A stretch of DNA of 63,987 bases, filler included, from Albugo candida (taxonomy: Eukaryota): the NCBI GenBank assembly GCA_040437565.1. It is 18 parts of 18 records of this genome, joined end to end, with 100 filler letters (N's around TTAATTAATTAA, not from the genome) between each part and the next. Parts side by side here need not be neighbours in the genome. Positions count along the whole stretch, not along the records: positions 11,196 to 14,798 come from JBDOQK010000207.1; positions 14,899 to 18,458 come from JBDOQK010000208.1; positions 18,559 to 22,116 come from JBDOQK010000209.1; positions 22,217 to 25,772 come from JBDOQK010000210.1; 14 more parts are not named here. The stretch is one strand, 5' to 3'. The first letter of the stretch is position 1; each line of letters starts with the position of its first letter. A program made the position numbers and the translations under genes. This document shows positions 11,197-24,816 of this stretch, in pieces. A model generated the notes under the pieces. That model was given only the letters and a program-made list of their open reading frames with translations. It ran no database searches and was not told where the DNA came from.

Positions 11197-13676
11197 AGAT
11201 TCAAAACGGCTGCATTCGAAGATACCGAACGTGGATTGCTTACTCGTTCAAGCTATCTTGGATCTGATAATTTGGTATCATCGCTACCTCCAGACGATCC
11301 ATGGAAAAGTGACTTACAAAGAACACGCAATAACGAGATTCGGAATGAATCTCGAAGTTCTGATTATTACAAGGAACCAGAATTGCTCTCATTCAACCAG
11401 CCAGACACGTCTACACAGCTTTTACAATGTCGAATTGCCGCACTCGAGTCGATGCTCTCAATCCAAGAACAGCATGTTTCCAATGAGTTGGCCGGTACTA
11501 CAGCAACATCAGAAGATCGAAGACATGATGATATCCAGCTCGAGAAATCTCATTATGCGCAACTACTGGCTGCATGGCGACGTAAGGTTTTCGAATTGCT
11601 AGTGCAGGCGAAACAATGCGAGCTACAAGTGGATGTTGCGGAAGATCAACGCAACAAAGAGCTCTACACGCTGCAGGCAAGAAATCAAAAGGAAACATGA
11701 TTGTGAGAATGATATAAATACTCTGACTTCATCAATTTACTCCAGAACGAACGTATCTCACTACAAGAGCAGATAAAGACGTGGAAGCAAAAACTGCTGG
11801 ATCATTCTGCAAAAAACGAATTGGATAAATTGCAGCTTCGCGACTTTCAAAAAGAGGAAGAAAGAACAAAGCATAAGCTTACTCGAACAGTTCGAGCATT
11901 GGCCTCTGAAAAAGCCAAAGCTGAAATTATCGCACACTCTGTCGCGAATTTTTGCTCGGTAAGTGCTTACTCATCATCTTAATTTGCTTTTGCAAACGCA
12001 ATCCTTTGTAGCGGCTTGGACCAGTGATTACCTCAATTGATCGCATACACGATGCTACCTCGAAATTACAATCATACGAAATACGAGTTCATTCGCTTCA
12101 AGATCGAATTAAAGTTGCTTCGCTCTTACTGAGTCATCGTCATGCTTGGTATCGGAATAATGAAGCAGCCACCGAAATGAAACGGAGGATTCTCAATCGG
12201 CAAACCTTAATCTCACCTTCGCCGAGACCCCCTTGTGATGATAATAACATTGAAAAGAGGCAACGACCTGGGAGTAAAACCCAGCAGATCCGACATGGCT
12301 TACAAAAAGCTGTTCGGGCCGTCTTTGATGAATTGGATATATACAAGACTGGTATAATATCACGTGAGTCATTCGTTGGCGCTTTAAGTTCTAGCGACAG
12401 GGTTCTTCTCGCGCTCGGTGATGATATAACCAGAAAACGCTTTGCAAAGCGTTTGGACAGGCAGCTTGCACATCTCGTGGATAGTAAGACCGTAACATGG
12501 GGAGAGCTTATGCTACTTCTTGCTCCGAAATACAGCGACGTCTTGGGCTTAGCTAGTGAGAGAACAGCCCAATCGAGCATTTCATCAACAACCGCGGAAG
12601 TAGACGAGCGACCACTTGCTCCGATTTTCAAAGTCTGGAAGCGTGCCAAACTTGAGACACTATCAAAAGAGCGGCTATGTGACCTGATTCGGTCTTTGCA
12701 AAGGGATCGTGAGATGTTACGACAACGCGTGCAATGCGATGCCTTTCAGCTCGCTGATCGGGTTCAAGGGTTACGAAGCGAATGGGAAGCGAAAGTAGCG
12801 GCCCTTCATATACAGAATGGATTTTTACGTGTACGGAACCATCCATTCGAATCACTTGTTTACCTAGATTGGACATTTTCACTTGTAGAGAGAGCTCAAT
12901 CAAAAGACATCGGCAAGCCAAAAAGTGGAAGGGCAAATGATGCGACTGGAAGATGAAAGTGCGAGACTGCACATTAAAAAGCAATATTATCGGGACAAAT
13001 TTGAGCATAGTGTCAACGAGCACCGAGTTCTGATTGTAAGCGTCTTACCGATATGGCCCGTCACAAGTCGATTAATTAGTTACTAAATGAATAGGAACAA
13101 GTCAAAGCTGACAAAGAAATATGCGTACAGCATGAGCAGGAGCTGTGGCAGAAAGAAGTGCGCGACATGACGTTTCAGACTCATCAGATACAGCTAGAAA
13201 ATGAGAAACATCGAAAAAAAATTCGACAACTTGAACACGAAATCACGCGACTTCATAATAACATGACAAAAGTCGAGTCGAAACAAGTTTTGGAATTGAA
13301 GAACAAGTTGAGCCGAAGGTTAAAACGATCTATACGATGCTTCTTCTCATGTATTGTCTGTCATAGGATAAATGAGTTGGAAAAGATTCGGAAAGAACGC
13401 AATGGTATATTGGCCTCATTACGAGAGCTTGAACTTAACGCGAAGGCACCTAGAACGAGAAATTTCCAAGTTCAGACGGAGCCATTAAAGCTCATTAATG
13501 TCAAGATAGGCTCAACGCAAACCACGCCAGTCTGGCAGCTATCAGAAGCGTCCGCACCTTATGATGGATGCATAAAAACGGCAACTAAATCATCTCAGTA
13601 TATCGCAAGCGATCCTGAGTATGAAAAGCTTCACCGTCTTGAAACAATCGCAAAAGCACTTTTAGATGACAATTGA
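11197..13676 (+). CDS. CCHCR1: CCHCR1/HCR-like coiled-coil protein with EF-hand-like insertion, 5'-partial, 6 exons
   Basis: Exons 11197-11676, 11746-11958, 12012-12830, 12889-13035, 13095-13318 and 13367-13676 are phase-compatible; the first intron is GC-AG. LLAAWRRKVFELLVQAK matches the HCR motif LLxRWREKVFALMVQLK, and KERNGILASLRE matches the HCR C-terminal motif. VFDELDIYKTGIISRESF is EF-hand-like. Confidence 0.75.
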
Positions 13677-14898
13677 CAAAGGTAAAATAACGAAATTTAC
13701 GTCATTGCAATAACTGATTACTATCATCTCATGTACTGCGGCCTTTATTCCTCGTTGACTAATACGAATTGTTGCGATGTCAGCAACAGCCATCATTCGA
13801 GGTAGTTTGTCGCTTCCAGTCTCCATAGCACTTTGACAATAGCATAGTCCAAACAAAATATAAAAAAGCAAGGTGCTTTAGTAGAATTTGATCAATCTTA
13901 ACTTGAATGTTCAACTTACTTTAAATTTTGAGAGCGTTATCGGCTCAATGCTCCATTTGTTGTTTACTCGCGTAGACCGCACAGCAATTGGCAAATCAAC
14001 ATCCGCAAAGTATCGTCCATTTTCAGAATTTCTCCGTGTATTTGGACTGTATGTCGCGTTGATAACCTATCAGCTTTTGCCAACCAACTTGAGCATAGTT
14101 TCTTACACTCACGGGATCATTTCTGCGTAAGATTACACATAGGCTGTGATCTTTCCTCTACAGCTGTACAATGTGAGGTGGTCTTCCATAAAATGCAAAT
14201 TAACTCTTTCAACAACTGTCTATTCTGCAACGACAAACGCTAATGGATGCTTTGACTAGTTGAGGATTCGGACGATCATTTGAAAAGGCACCTCTTTATA
14301 TTTCCTCCTTTTGTTATTCTCACAAGTTACTCGAATTGCTGCCATAATCTAGGCCGCTATCTTGATGGGTAGGTAGACCATCTATCGAAATTACCAAAAT
14401 TGGTCAGATCAAGTTGTTCCGTATGTCAATTGGTCTTATAAGCTCGACCAATGGTCAAGTTGAAGGCTTGCACACCACCTACAAATCTAAGGCACATGCG
14501 TTTCCATCTTGTAATCTGACTTGCCTCCAAGAAGTTTTTATCTTACATTATCATCTATAGATATGATGAATGGAGGATTATTTGATTTTATACTTGTATC
14601 GTGAAAGCAAAGATAGCACTTACATACGAGTAGCGAACTGAAAATGAATTGAGCAAAAATAGAAAACAAACACACCATTTGCGATACACCAGACAGCATC
14701 ACCAAACATTCTTAGCAATACATCGAAGCTCAATACTCTCTTACCTTGGTCGTAGAAGCAATACCATTGCCAATGGCAATTTCATTGTCATACAATGCNN
14801 NNNNNNNNNNNNNNNNNNNNNNNNNNNNNNNNNNNNNNNNNNTTAATTAATTAANNNNNNNNNNNNNNNNNNNNNNNNNNNNNNNNNNNNNNNNNNNN

Positions 14899-16969
14899 CC
14901 AGACCTGAATTCATATCTTCGTCCAATCGTGCGTCAACTTTCAAAGTTAGCTAGTAAGCCTATTTCTGTTTCACGTAATGGTGTCCATGTTACTAATGCA
15001 AGAGTGATTCCTCTCAATGTTTGTGGAGATGGTGTTCAAATAAATGAATTACTGAACTTTAAAGGTCATGGTAGTTTCTATGGTTGTAGAATTTGCTTAA
15101 CAAAAGGTAAACACCGTACTGATGCTGTTAACTCTGATGGCGATGTCGTAAATTGTACTACTGGAATGTACTTTGCTGAAAGGGATGCCGACATTAGAAG
15201 CTATGAAAGCTTGATTCATACGGAAACTCATCCTGAATATGTAAGTGTCAGCGCGTTATAATTTACAAAAGAGAAAAAAAAACTTACAAATTCATTTTAC
15301 TTGTAGATAAAAAACGACTTCTATGGTATTAAGCTTCCTAGTGTATTTGCCCCATGTGTTGCTTTCAAAAGTGTGTCATTCCATGGACTGGATGAGATGC
15401 ATATGTTCACCAATATAGCTAAGACGGTATTTGAATTGATCTGCCCAAGATATAGTAAATCGTACAAGTATGCTGGTCATGAAAAAAAATATCCTTTTGA
15501 AATTTCAAATAACGGCTTTACTGCTATACAGAATAGTATTGATAATAGCAGACAGTTTATTCCTAGCTCAGCATTCAAGGGTAGCTTTTTGGGTGGAGCA
15601 AATCCCGCTAATCAAAAAGCTCTTTTTAGAAGTAGTGATTGGATCGATTATTTGCAATATGTTATTCCTACTATGGTGTGCCCACTTTTAGAAGATCAAC
15701 AAGTCAGAGACGCACTTTCAAGCTTAATCCGTGGTATCTCTCTCTCTTTACAATTTTCAATAGCAACTAGTGACCTTGTTGAAATAGAAAGGTAATGAAC
15801 AATACTACACTCGAATTAATATTTACAATAAAACTTACAAAATTTAATAGCAATTTTCAAGCTTGGTTTTTGATCATAGACAGATTGATTGCAAACAAAA
15901 AGATCTCAAACTCTATTTATAAAATCAACTTCCATCAGCTATCACATATTGTATATATAATTAAAGAAAATTCTACCTTACGTGGTACTAGCGTCAGATC
16001 GATGGAGAGGGCTATTGGAACAACAAAGAAGGCAATGTGTGCAAGAGTAAATGCAGGTGAAAATTCCAACAACATTTTTGAAAGAAACACTTTGCTTAAC
16101 TTTATTACCAATACAAAAATGATGAGTTTTGAAGGTGTCGAGAAACCAGTAGGAGACAAATCGCATACATTTATTTATCATCCAAGCCGCAACGAAAGCA
16201 ATAGTGAATCAATTGGTCAATTGTGGCAACCTTTTTATCCTTCCTTTAAATTATTTGGTACTGATAGTGAAACTTTGGTTGGTGAAAATCTTATCCCTCT
16301 ATCAACATTTATCAAAGCATTGAAAGGTTACAAGAAAAGATTTTTTGGTGAAAAAACTCCACTAGCCAACATTGAACTCGACTATAACCAAGTCATTACA
16401 CCATCAGGTAAAATGTGGCAGAACACAAATGTATTTTCTGGATCCATTTTCACAGCTCGTTTAGCAAAATCTATGAATAAAAGAGGAGGTGAACACGTTA
16501 TGTTTTATTCTACTCATAGGTAATTGGGAAAAAGAACATTCATTTTACCTAGTACTCTTGATTACTAATTAGTTTCTTTTTTTTTAGAAATGCCAATAAC
16601 ATTGCAAAGAGGTGCTGGTTTGTGGGGAGAATATTATTTTTTTTTGAGTTTAACTTCAACAAGATGAGAAAGAACAAGACTCCACCGGGCAGTTTTTATG
16701 CGTTAATGGAGGTCATGAAGAAACATGGTGCGGCAAAACATAACCCAAGCATTCCAACTGTAACTCCTTTTGGTGAAGATGAGTCAAAAAAATATACGAT
16801 TTGTGATATTTGCGATATTGTAACTGTAATCGGCTTATTGAAGATCGTTGAAGCTGGTAGTCGTAATGGACAATATTCGTTGTCATCTTCATATTATGTC
16901 ATTTCGCCTTCTACATCATTCAGCGAAAATATGAAAAACACGGCAGGTTCTTTGATTCATCTTTGTTAA
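14899..16969 (+). CDS. CACTA/Mirage-like (CMC) DDE transposase, 5'-partial, 4 exons, fungal-type
   Basis: Exons 14899-15240, 15307-15791, 15851-16519 and 16588-16969 are in phase. Motifs: SYLRPIV, GDxxxINELLNFKGHGSFYGCRIC (CxxC), LDEMH, RSSDW, HQLSHI and SMERAIG. Confidence 0.85.
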
Positions 16970-17369
16970 TAATTAATTAATAAAAAAAAAAAGAAAAAAG
17001 ACGAAAAAATAGAAACAAGTGAAATAATATATGTATTATAAAAACAATTACCACTCCGCCTATGACTCTTTTTTTTTCTTTACTGCACGCATTTTGTTTA
17101 TTATCTTTGTATGACATATACAAGACTCTTTTTTGCCTTTCATTCAATATATTAGACACTTGAAGCTAAACCATAAAGACTCATTGGAGTAATGCATGCA
17201 CGTCTCAATGATCATTAGCCGAAAATGTGCAGATTCAAAGAGATGATTACTTTTTTTAAATGTTAAAATCAAAGAATAAAATTGACAACAATCAAAAAAT
17301 ATAAGAAGATAGAAGGTAATTTATATTTTACTTTATTGAGAATAAATAGAAAAGAAAGTAACTTTTTAT

Positions 17370-17849
17370 TTACAGATCTCGATGGTGAGTCAATTCACTC
17401 GTGTTGTCCTTTTCAGGAGAAGGTATATCAAATATAATACTTTCACTACTGGATCCATTATACATGTAATAATCTTCTTCGCTTGCATAATATAAATCTC
17501 CTTCATTCATAATAATATCTTCTTCGTAGTATTCTTTATCTTCATAGTATTCTTCATCTTCATAATACTCTTCACCTTCAAGGTCTTCATATTCAGCATT
17601 TTCAGTCACTCCGTGTTCAAGTTTATCGACGTAAACTTCAAAACGATCAAACATTTCTGCTACTTCAACTTCAATAGGATCATATGTTTCTTCAAGCTCT
17701 TCTTCAGTATAAGCAGTTTGATTATTATTTGGATAACCTGGTATAGAGAATTCTTCGTCAAATAGTGTTAGGTGGTTTTGGTTTTCATTATTACTGATAG
17801 AAGGCACAGCTTGTTCTTCGTTGAAAAAATAATCAAAAGCAGAATTCAT
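17370..17849 (-). CDS. Acidic low-complexity hypothetical protein (159 aa), convergent with the transposase
   Basis: Clean ATG-to-stop ORF in AT-rich flanks. It is E/D/Y-rich with a tandem (E/K)EYYE(D/E) repeat x3. Confidence 0.55.
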   Translation of the reverse strand: MNSAFDYFFNEEQAVPSISNNENQNHLTLFDEEFSIPGYPNNNQTAYTEEELEETYDPIEVEVAEMFDRFEVYVDKLEHGVTENAEYEDLEGEEYYEDEEYYEDKEYYEEDIIMNEGDLYYASEEDYYMYNGSSSESIIFDIPSPEKDNTSELTHHRDL

Positions 17850-20575
17850 TTGTTAATATTTTATAATTGTATTGGAAGTTGTTGATAATAAAGAAAAGCA
17901 AACAAATAAATTATATTGCGTTGTTATTGTTATATTTATATCTTGTACCGAAATAAATGAAGTTTTTTTTCTTAAAAAGTTTAATTGTTTTATTTATGGA
18001 AAGAGAGCGTAAGTTGGTATAAAAAAAATATAAAGTATTCAAGTGGAATTATTAGAGCAAATGAGCCCGTATATATCGAATGTGTTAAAGTATTTATATT
18101 AGGGGTTATGGCGTATGGAACGAATAAGAACGCATCAAGCAAATAATAGTAAGAATTAAGCAAATAAGAACGGATCAAGTATAAATACGTGCGAGAGTAA
18201 CCGAAATTACACAAATCAAGCTTAAATACGTAATAGAGTACCATATATACTCGAATAACCCGGATAACAAAAAATATGAAGGAATGGGATATTCGGTCAA
18301 AGCACATATTTGCACGTATGGGCCACATGAATAAACGGATGAAGCCGTAATCGCCGAATGTACGTTTTTTTATGCCGGATATCCACAAATAGGGTATCTA
18401 TTAGTGAAATATGTGTAAACGTCCTGTAAACTATTACTTTTAACGTATTATTATTTTCNNNNNNNNNNNNNNNNNNNNNNNNNNNNNNNNNNNNNNNNNN
18501 NNTTAATTAATTAANNNNNNNNNNNNNNNNNNNNNNNNNNNNNNNNNNNNNNNNNNNNAAGCCGAAGATCATTACTGCGGGTACAGCACAAACAAGTCAA
18601 AATGCAAGTGCAACTCAGATCCTAGTCCTAGTTGGATGGCATTGTTCCGCCTAGTGTGGCGCGCACCAATTGGCAAATTACGGTATTTTTGGAACATTTG
18701 TACAAATTTACAGCTTTACAACTTTACAGCATTTACAAGCTGGACATAGTCTCGTATTAAGGGTGCTGAGGCTACTGCGATACGGGATTAATATCAACGA
18801 GAAGAGATATTATCATCTCTCACAGGTATTTCACGAAATGTTTTTTATATGTATATATATTATTTAAGATAGCCTAGGCAAGTAGAGAAGTCAGTTAGTC
18901 TAATTCTAGTAATATAGACACCTTCAAGTGAGCTGGGTACGGACCCTCCGGATGCTGCTTGCTATACTCGCATAGTATGCATGTAGCAAATGACAGATGG
19001 TCTGGCCTAACCCTATTTCGTCTGAACTCTTGACAGAAGAAGGATGAAACACCGCTTGATAAGCGAATTGCTTGTTCGGAAGAACATGCAGATCTGACGT
19101 GATGGTAGAGAATATCGTTCTCGCTTTGACTTATTGTAGATATTGGGTTTATTTGAGTCGAGCTGGCTTCGCTAAGTTCTCCTCAAAGTAGTCAGCTTCA
19201 AGCAGGTACAAAGTATGGTCATGACTGTCCTTCACTGGGCGGAGTGAATAGATCGATGGTCAAATGGTCAAATCTTTGGAAGAGCATCGAACGATGCAGT
19301 TGAATTTTCTTGTACCGATTTATCCAGAATATGAAGTAGAGCGTTTTAATGGCACTACAACGCATTCAAGCAAATCTTGCAGCATGCAGGAAATATCGAA
19401 GGCTTATAGTGTCATAGAGGGCTTGCATACGTCGGTAGACGCACGCTTTTGAATTATGCCTCTATGATAGAAATCGTCTCAGCAACTCGAACTGTCAGTC
19501 GCTTTTCATGCAATCACGTTTCCCATTATTAAAGTTTGATATGAAATAACGGGATCGAGAAGCATCATTGAGTGCCAAATTCGTTTGTGGTTGTATATGC
19601 ACATCTCTTCGATCACTTTAACAAAGCAGGTCGACTTTGTTGAATCTTTATCAGCCTTCGTGATGATTCCATTCGTTTCCAACGAAGCTATCGGCTTTCG
19701 AACACGTTTGGCTTAAGCTCCCAAGAACACATCGTAAAATCACATGGCTGCTTTACTGCATGAATCATTTGCATTGAAAAAATTTATAAATGCCAACAGC
19801 TCCTGATTTGTCAGGTATTGGATAATGGGGATGGTTTGAGAGTATAAACAGAGTCTAGGAGGATAACGATGTCAGTCAGCACGGAGACGCATTACGTCAG
19901 AAAGGAAAAGTGTTAGTGAGCTTGTATGATCAAATACGCCAGTCAAAAGGTATATACGTAGAGCCACAACGCAAAATTCACAAACGCCTCTATGGCGTGG
20001 CCGGACCCAATTCAAGCTATCAATCAGAAAACCGGCCGTAGGGTCCAAATCATATCCCTCGTCTCACGCAGCAAACTCAAGACGTTTTTGCGCATCATTT
20101 GAAGATGAGCTGACGAGGAGCACAAAGACGAATTGGAACGCGACTGGATGGTATACATATACATAGCGTGGAAGGGCGACAACCCGCGATACTCCGAAAT
20201 AAAGCTATGTTCGTATTCTACTGGTTACGCATCGGAAGGTGTGTAACCATTTGACATTTTGGTTTGGGAGCTCGTTATTTCATCCGGTCATGAAAATATA
20301 ATAGACTTTGACGGTCTGGAAGCGTAAATCTATATAGCATGCCTAATTGCTGCATTGAGATGACGTGTCAAATTTCACGAGAGAAGCCAGTTGAATCTCT
20401 GATGGCATCGATCAAAGCATATGTGATATCTTTCATACGACTCGAAGAACAATCGCAAGCAAAAGCGTCTAAAGAGAGTGCTCAGAAGGACTTTACAATT
20501 TGATCCATGGAGAAATCCATATCATAAACACTTTAATGCTATTATTGTCAAACTATCTATCTTTTACAAACGCAC

Positions 20576-20715
20576 CGTTAAGCTGCTTCTTTCCCATCTA
20601 TCCGCATCGTATTCTTTAAATTCCTTCGTAGAAAGCTTGACACATCTTTTGAGAATATCGTCCTCCATATCACAAGGCATGCATGCGCACATGTTGCCAA
20701 CTTGGTGCCTCACTT
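20576..20715 (-). pseudogene. Possible dynein light chain (LC8-like) first-exon remnant
   Basis: MPCDMEDDILKRCVKLSTKEFKEYDADRWERSSLT is followed by a GTGCGT donor. It resembles the LC8 N-terminal 'DM' helix. The upstream part is frameshifted, and no WHxIVG exon was found downstream. Confidence 0.35.
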
Positions 20716-21453
20716 ATACTAACGCGATCTTAAGGTGTCACTCGTAATTTGTCTGATGTACACTAATATCATAATCCCAGGAACTGATCCAACGTTCTCC
20801 ATTACCACAACCATCCACAGAGTAAGCGTATTATCACGTCCAACTCCGCCATCTTTGCATACTGAAACACAACGCCCTGCAAATACTAATAGCGCATCAC
20901 TTTTATGTGACATTTCAAGGTAGAAATACCTGGGACTAGTATGTGCTCAGTTACGGGTAGCATGATTCTGATATTTGCGGTGAAAATCGTGGTTCAATTG
21001 GATACCCGAGACCACCGAAAGTCCCTAGTGTATTGATAATCGCGACAACAGCGAGAATTATTTATAATATTTGACAATAATATAGACGATAGATTCTTCT
21101 TCAAATCACCATTTTGGTGCTTTACGGTGCTTAAAGATACCATGACTTAAGGCAGCTATGGGGAAAACGCAACTTCCGAAACGAAGATCCAGATTGATTC
21201 TATAATCAAGCTGCATTTAGTGATCGTGTTTACATTATGATGGCAGCACATTTGCTGTATGTGATACATTGGAACCATTCACATTGTACTCACTAGCATC
21301 ATGATATCTCGCTACGACTGTCTATGATGTTGCAAGTATAGACATTGGGACATGACGTTCCAAGAGATTCATAAGACAAATGAAGAGAATTCAGAGTGCC
21401 TTTATTCAAATTCACGGATGCTGCGCGCGTATGGAGCAGATACAATAGAGAAA

Positions 21454-21469
21454 GCTCACATTTCATTTT
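21454..21469 (+). promoter_or_regulatory. Oomycete Inr/FPR-like core promoter element
   Basis: GCTCACATTTCATTTT closely matches the oomycete consensus GCTCAYTYYNCAWTTT and lies about 70 nt upstream of the ATG at 21537. Confidence 0.45.
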
Positions 21470-21536
21470 CTGCGCTTACTCGACGCAACTGACAAGAAGC
21501 GGTATCTCATTGGGCATATTGATTGGCCGTGATCGC

Positions 21537-22116
21537 ATGCAGTGTCAGAGTGTCAAAACAGCATCCAAGCTCGTCAGAATTCACATTTTGCGAGCTCATA
21601 AAGCATCTTTTCGATCCGGCCCGTTGCAATGTTATGATACGCGAGCTCGATTTCTATCCGTCACAGACTTTTCCACGATCTCATACAATGTTCATTATCA
21701 AATTCGAAGTCAGAAAAAGCCATTAGCAAACGTTTTTGAAGAATTGAAAACATTTGTCGACGGATATAATCAGATCAAAGCCAACAAAAAGGTCGCTGAA
21801 GCTATTCAGACGTTTTATTTTCACTGCGGTCAAGACGCTGTGCAACTACCGTCCGCATTTCGTCGAAACGTTCTCAACTATCATCGTAGGCAATCAGTAG
21901 GACATCAAGATGATCGTAGTGGAAGAAATCTTTGGCGTCAGGACTCGATTTTGGTATCAATCATGCGATTGCATCTGGCCGAAGGTGACTATGCTTCTGC
22001 TCTTGAACTTATGAATGAGAATATCAGGCAAAAGAAGCTTGAACAGGAAAAGAGATCTCGTGATGAAAGTAATAAAATGCATCAAAAGGTACACTTTCGT
22101 TTATTTGGGGATCTTC
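21537..22116 (+). CDS. Putative mitochondrial PPR/helical-repeat protein, 3'-partial
   Basis: The ORF is open to the contig end. The N-terminus is R/K/S-rich and acid-poor (targeting-peptide-like). ILVSIMRLHLAEGDYASALELMNENIRQ resembles a PPR repeat. Confidence 0.5.
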
Positions 22117-22277
22117 NNNNNNNNNNNNNNNNNNNNNNNNNNNNNNNNNNNNNNNNNNNNTTAATTAATTAANNNNNNNNNNNNNNNNNNNNNNNNNNNN
22201 NNNNNNNNNNNNNNNNATTATACTTATCTAAGAAGCGGTTTTACAATGTTAAGATTGGCTTAAACGAGCAATAAGCT

Positions 22278-23026
22278 CTATAAAAGGACGCAAACCAACA
22301 TGTTCTTAATCATCGACAGTATCCAAAGCATCAAGATGGATCTCAGCTGTGACTGAGGAAGCCGCATCGTCGTTATTACGAGATTCATTTTGCGTATTTG
22401 TGCAACGACACGCGCAGGCGCCAGGCCCGACCGAAGATAACTTGAAATTTGTTGTCGCTCATCGATTTTGAGAGCACGGCCTTGTGGATGTACGGCAGCA
22501 TCTACGAAAGGCTCGTGATTGTGCGCAGATTGATTGGCCTCAACAACCCAGTGAACCAAGTCTCCGTGTCCTAGCATTCGACGAATCATCAAAGCAGACT
22601 GGTAGCCTGTTCCACGGCTTCCACGTACGCGTTTACGCTTCTGGGACATGGAAGTTGCTTTCTCCGCACAAGAGCATTTAAGACATATAGCTTTGATTTC
22701 ACCGTCTAAACGGTTTCCAACTCTCCTTGTTCTTTTCCAAGTAAATACGAAGCCTTCATCTTGAGATTGACGGGTCACTGCTAATATAGCCTCTTCTAAA
22801 GACGCGTAAGTAGTGCCGACGATGTCTTCAAATTGACTCATGGTTGGCAAAACGGAAGAGTAATAGTATGACGAAACTTGCCAGCTCTCGCGTTTCGAAC
22901 GGTCTATAATATATTGAAATAAGTATAGTCTCTCTAGCAAATCAGAACTCGTAATGATAACTTAAGGGTGCTGTATTTAAGGGTGAGGGCTGGTTAGCGA
23001 AAACTGCGGACTGGTTAGCGTCTCCC
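22278..23026 (-). mobile_element. MULE/Mutator transposon 5' fragment (terminus plus FAR1/WRKY-GCM1-type DNA-binding domain)
   Basis: From the ATG at 22841: YASLEEA...EGFVF...ICLKCS...SRGTG...WVV...HNHEP...HP..R.L. The DDE domain is absent. The upstream end carries direct repeats CTGGTTAGCG x2 and TAAGGGTG x2 and starts GGGAGAC on the minus strand at 23026. Confidence 0.75.
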
Positions 23027-24816
23027 TTTTTTAAATACGACTACAGTCGAAGATAGTTGAAGCTGCCAAAGAAAGGCGTCTAATTCTCTTTTCTTGAGTT
23101 GTTTGTATGGATAATCATTACTTCGACAGACCTAATCTGTGCGTGACGAATCATTCGTATCCTTTTTATTGTAAACGAAACAACGTGATTTGAATCATCT
23201 AACGTGTCGCATTATCTAGTGGCAAATGCCCAGAATGAGATCCCTCGTTTCCGAGTTGTTGGCCATAGCATTCATGAGTATCAGCTGCGTTGATTTTGGC
23301 AGAGCTCCATCATGATGTACAATGGTGAGCTGAGAGTTCCCGTGTGACTCCATGATAAGCATTTGAGTTTGTGGATTGACAAGAGGAAACATATGGGACA
23401 CTCTTGCTTGTTTTTGAAGTTACTTTATGTGTTGTGCTTGCTCTGTGCCGCTTTCTATCGACAATTGCTCGTCTTGCGCGGGTTACTTGCTCTAATCTGC
23501 GACGTTTATATGAAGGAACTGACGTATTATGATCCTGTTGCGGCCTGCCGAATCGTTTGTCATCCGCCCAACCTAATTTGAATTGCTGATGATTAACACT
23601 TCTTTGAGGCTGAATCTAATGATTCTCACTCTCATCAACATTTTCATGTACATTTTCATCTCTGAGGTGGTTGACTCTACCCGCCATTTTCCCTTTTTCG
23701 GCATCGAAAGCTTGAATTTATGAGAATCGCATTTATAAAAGCTGTATTCATGCAGCTTCGATGCCCCTTTCCCGAAAATCCACTTATCATTGTTTATCGC
23801 TCGAGACGTTCTCCGTATATAATTTTTTGCAAGACTTCTACCGGTACTAGATACAACTCATCGAGTACCCTACTTTCCCATGCAATGTTCCTCTGCCATT
23901 TCTGCTTGCCACCTACCAGAGGTATTATCTTTGACTCGAACAATGTTATGCGATCGACTTTTAGTTTAGTGTCTATTAATAATATATGAAACGAAGTCTA
24001 TCTTCCATCAAGTGCTTTCAGACCGAGCTTCCATCTCCGAAGCAGAAACGGAGAGTTGAACAAAAGTACTTGGCTTGTGCTTGAGAATTATCGACCATAA
24101 CGACCAAGTATGTAAAGAATAGCATAAATGGATAATGCCTAATGAATTACAGCGTTTCCTCAAAGAGGCCTTTCTCTTTCGATTGTGCGACCAGTATTGA
24201 GGCGATGAGACGTAGGACCCGTTATCTGACGGTTTCATTCTGCGACTATGAGACATTTTTGATAAGGTCTGTGACAAATCTACAAGAAGGTCGATTTAAA
24301 TTACATTTATCGCAGATACATGCGTAAAAGTTCCGTGACACTTTGCGAGCGTTCTGACAGAGACAATGTACGTGTCGAATTCGGACCCAACGACACCAAC
24401 TGTTCAGAAGATTGATCAGCAATACCGTTCAAAGCTTCTTTCTCACAAAAGTACGCCTGTGTTGGATCGCCAGTCCATCGATACGTATGGCTTGCACTTG
24501 GTTTTGTTCCTGGAATATTCCCAATTGCACCTGAGAATCACAAAGCTGTTCTTCCATTCGCCCTAAATGTATATGGCTGCTCTCCGAGTTGCACTAAATA
24601 TATTCATCAGACCATGAGAGAATCCGATCTCGCTGATAGTATAATTGGCCTCGTAAAGCGAGTAATTTTTCTTCGAATGCATTCTTCTCCGATACGATAC
24701 GATAGTATTTGCATTTAACGACTCCAATCGATTGCCTCGGAATCGAAATTCCATTACTTCTTGGCGCGATATTTTGATTTGTTTACTGACGTCTGCCAAA
24801 TGTACTATCAATGCGT

